Assembly (NCBI RefSeq): GCF_003918875.1 | Contig: NW_025765803.1 | Location: forward strand, 620,001 to 684,000 | Source of the DNA: Haliotis rubra | Lineage: Eukaryota | Reading direction: 5' to 3' | Length of the DNA stretch: 64,000 bases | Shown: positions 61,345 to 64,000 of the stretch, piece by piece | Layout: every line of letters starts with the position of its first letter | Numbering within the stretch: the first letter of the stretch is position 1 | Notes under the pieces: model-generated | Told to the model about the DNA's origin: nothing | The model's database searches: none | What the model saw: the letters and a program-made list of their open reading frames with translations, nothing else | Position numbers and translations under genes: made by a program

Positions 61345-63900
61345 ACATTTGGGATTCACCGATATATAAAAGAAACATTCAACAAGAATTCTATATGACT
61401 ATGACAATGAATAGAGAAGTAATTACACGTATCCCTAAACCAGGTAAAGATAGAAGATTTCTGAAGAATTGGCGACCTATATCCCCCCTAAACGCATTAT
61501 ATAAAGTTATAAGTACTTGTATCACAAACAGGGTTTAAAAAACATTGAATGTTCTCATAAACGAAAATCAAACGGAATTCATTCCAGGAAGATGCATTAC
61601 GGAAAATACTAGACTTCTCTATGATATTATGTTTGAAACTAAAAGGCAAAACATAAAAGGTTTACTTATCTTAATTGACTTTGAAAAGCTTTCGACACCG
61701 TGTCAAAACATTCATTAAGATGGTCCAAGATAAGTTTGGTTTTGGAAGTAACATTCAAAAATGGGTTAACATATTCATTTCTAATGCATCCTCGTGTATG
61801 ATACAGAATGTTCACTTGTCAACGTTTTTCGACAACGAAAGGGGATGTAGACAGGGTGATCCCATCTCTCCATATTAATCTTATTGCAGAAATACTAGGA
61901 ATAATTATCAGAGATAACAACAGAAGAAAAGTCAAAAGAATTGGAAAAGACGTAATTTTACGTTGATAGGGAAAATAACCGTCGTAAAAAGTTTAGCTTT
62001 ATCCACGATTGTCCACATCTTCTCATCTCTCCCTAATCCCCCGAAAACATTTATTACTGATTTGAACAGATTATTCTTCAAATTTATATGTAATGATAAA
62101 ATTGACAAAATAAAACGAATTAATTTAGTGCGAATGTAAGAAGACGGTGGTCTAAGAATGGTCGATGTAAAACCTTTATCGACTCTTTAAAACTTTCATG
62201 CTTGAAGAGATATATTTCAAAATCTAAGAACCCTGATCTTGCCGGTTTCCCTTTGCAAAACCTTCTTCTCCTAGAAGCCAACATTACAAAACACTATAAA
62301 GTTAAAAATCCATTTTGGAAATACTCTCTTGATGCCTGGTATAGATATGTTTAAAAATATGTGTGTAACAATAACGATAGTAATGAAGTACTCATGCAAC
62401 CACTATGTATAACTCACCAGTGTAACCAGCCAGGCTTGATCATTCATAACTGAATTACATGTGGAATACAACATATGTCATATTTGGGATTACACTTTCT
62501 TAGTAAAGTACAGATTCTAGTACTTTTGGGGTTGAGTCCCATCCGGGATTCGAACCCGCACCCTCAGAGTCAGGCACGTAATCGCCAGCACACAAAGTCA
62601 GACGCCTAGACCGCTCAGCCACCGCTGCTTCCACAACAATGGAAGTCGGACGACTGGTAGTCTAGACTGCGGACTTTGTGTACCCCTCTGATAAGTGTTG
62701 ATTGGCACGGCTCCCACGGCCGAAAGCTATGAAATACACAATGCCATTTTAGAAAGTGGTCAAATGCAACATATGTCATATTTGGGATTACACTTTCTTA
62801 GTAAAGTACAGATTCTAGTACTTCAACACTTATCAGAGGGGTACACAGAGTCCGCAGTCTAGACTACCAGTCGTCCGACTTCCATTTTTGTGGAAGCAGC
62901 GGTGGCTGAGCGGTCTAGGCGTCTGACTTTGTGTGCTGGCGATTAGGTGCCTGACTCTGAGGGTGCGGGTTCGAATCCCGGATGGGACTCAACCCAAAAA
63001 GTACTAGAATCTGTACTTTACTAAGAAAGTGTAATCCCAAATATGACATATGTTGCATTTGACCACTTTCTAAAATGGCATTGTGTATTTCATACATGTG
63101 GAATAGTCTATATTAAAGATATTTGTAAAGACCACGATTTTCTAACATTTGCGGAACTTAAAGGAAAATTTGGCATGAAGGGTACTGTACTTGATTTAAA
63201 TCGTGTTCTCCTTAGTATACCCAAACAGTGGAAAGAAGTTACAGGAACAAAAAACAATTTGAATATACCGAAGTTGTCCACGTGTTCTCCTTGGAAATAT
63301 TTGATTAAACCTAGTAAAGGCTATAGGATATTCTGTGATAGTTTCATATCTGATTATAACATTCCGAATGTGTGTCTGAAATGGAACGGGGAACTAAATG
63401 ATTTGATAAATTGGAAAATCATATTTTCACAATGTAGACAATCCACTAAAGACACGAAACTCTTAGATTTTAAATGTTAGTTTTTGCACAGAACCATTTA
63501 CACTAAACGAGAACTACTGAAAATGAAACTGATAGATAATGCCCTATTTACATTATGTGGTTCAGTAAGTGAGGATATTTACCATGTATACCTTGATTGT
63601 CCAATCATCAAAATGTTCTGGGCAGATTTTAACAATTTTGTAACTCAAGTCCTTGGTAACATATGAAATGTCAAACCATGATACTAGTATTCTATTTTGT
63701 TGCAGTGGTAACTATTTACTCAACCACATGATATTATAGTCAAAGCGCCACATTTTCGTTGTGAATATTAATGGACACAAACCTAGCTTCACAATCTACA
63801 GAACATTATTAAAGGACTTTCATGAGATTGAGAAATTTGTCATTTGAAAACGACAATATGAAACATTTTTACAGAAACTGATATGCACTAGATGCAGTCC
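61345..63900 (+). mobile_element. Degenerate L1/Tx1-type LINE fragment (RT to zinc knuckle)
   Basis: KNWRPI, DFEK.FD, GCRQGDPISPY, GGLRMVD, LCGSVSEDIYHVYLDCP. Interrupted by an insertion at 62469-63092. Confidence 0.85.
62469..63092. mobile_element. tRNA-headed element with inverted/tandem terminal repeats (Penelope-like arrangement) and 13-bp TSD
   Basis: TSD TACATGTGGAATA (62456-62468 / 63093-63105). 62469-62701 is the reverse complement of 62823-63055. tRNA box A 62903-62914 and box B 62968-62978. A diverged relative lies at about 57950-58260. Confidence 0.75.
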
Positions 63901-64000
63901 TGTAATTAGAAATTAGAAATCACATTCTCTGTATTACTTATGTAGCATTTCGATTGTTTTATCTTGATATTCCCAATATGAACTGCATTTTACTGTTTGC

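Noticed and set aside
62896-62992. Functional tRNA gene (also 21303-21375 and 54890-54962)
   Set aside because: A/B boxes are present, but there is no proper acceptor stem or cloverleaf and each is embedded in a repeated element. These are tRNA-derived heads.

Overview
Eukaryotic genomic DNA with spliceosomal introns and about 40% GC. It is probably a mollusc (abalone-like; inferred from gene architecture and repeat families, not verified). The window holds an innate-immunity cluster of four + strand copies of a secreted peptidoglycan recognition protein (signal peptide, bacterial-type SH3b domain, Zn-amidase PGRP domain; 5 coding exons). Copy 1 (1149-5589) is disabled. Copy 2 (9084-11604) is a 5'-truncated tandem duplicate. 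Copies 3 (16909-22559) and 4 (50137-56770) are intact. On the minus strand is an intact 7-exon gene (40610-30687) for a secreted protein with a PAN/apple domain, a Thr-rich stalk and an FBXL4-N-like (discoidin-fold) domain. The most unusual signal is that in two unrelated genes an entire multi-kb intron is built from tandem copies of the upstream exon's 3' end plus its 5' splice site (about 90 x 38 bp; about 50 x 55-56 bp), giving arrays of dozens of splice donors. Also present are a non-tRNA SINE-like family whose exact 5' end is a compact structured-RNA (candidate ribozyme) motif, a tRNA-headed inverted element with Penelope-like hammerhead remnants, gene conversion between PGRP paralogues, LINE, Tc1 and DIRS remnants, several MITEs, many minisatellites and one 130-N gap.
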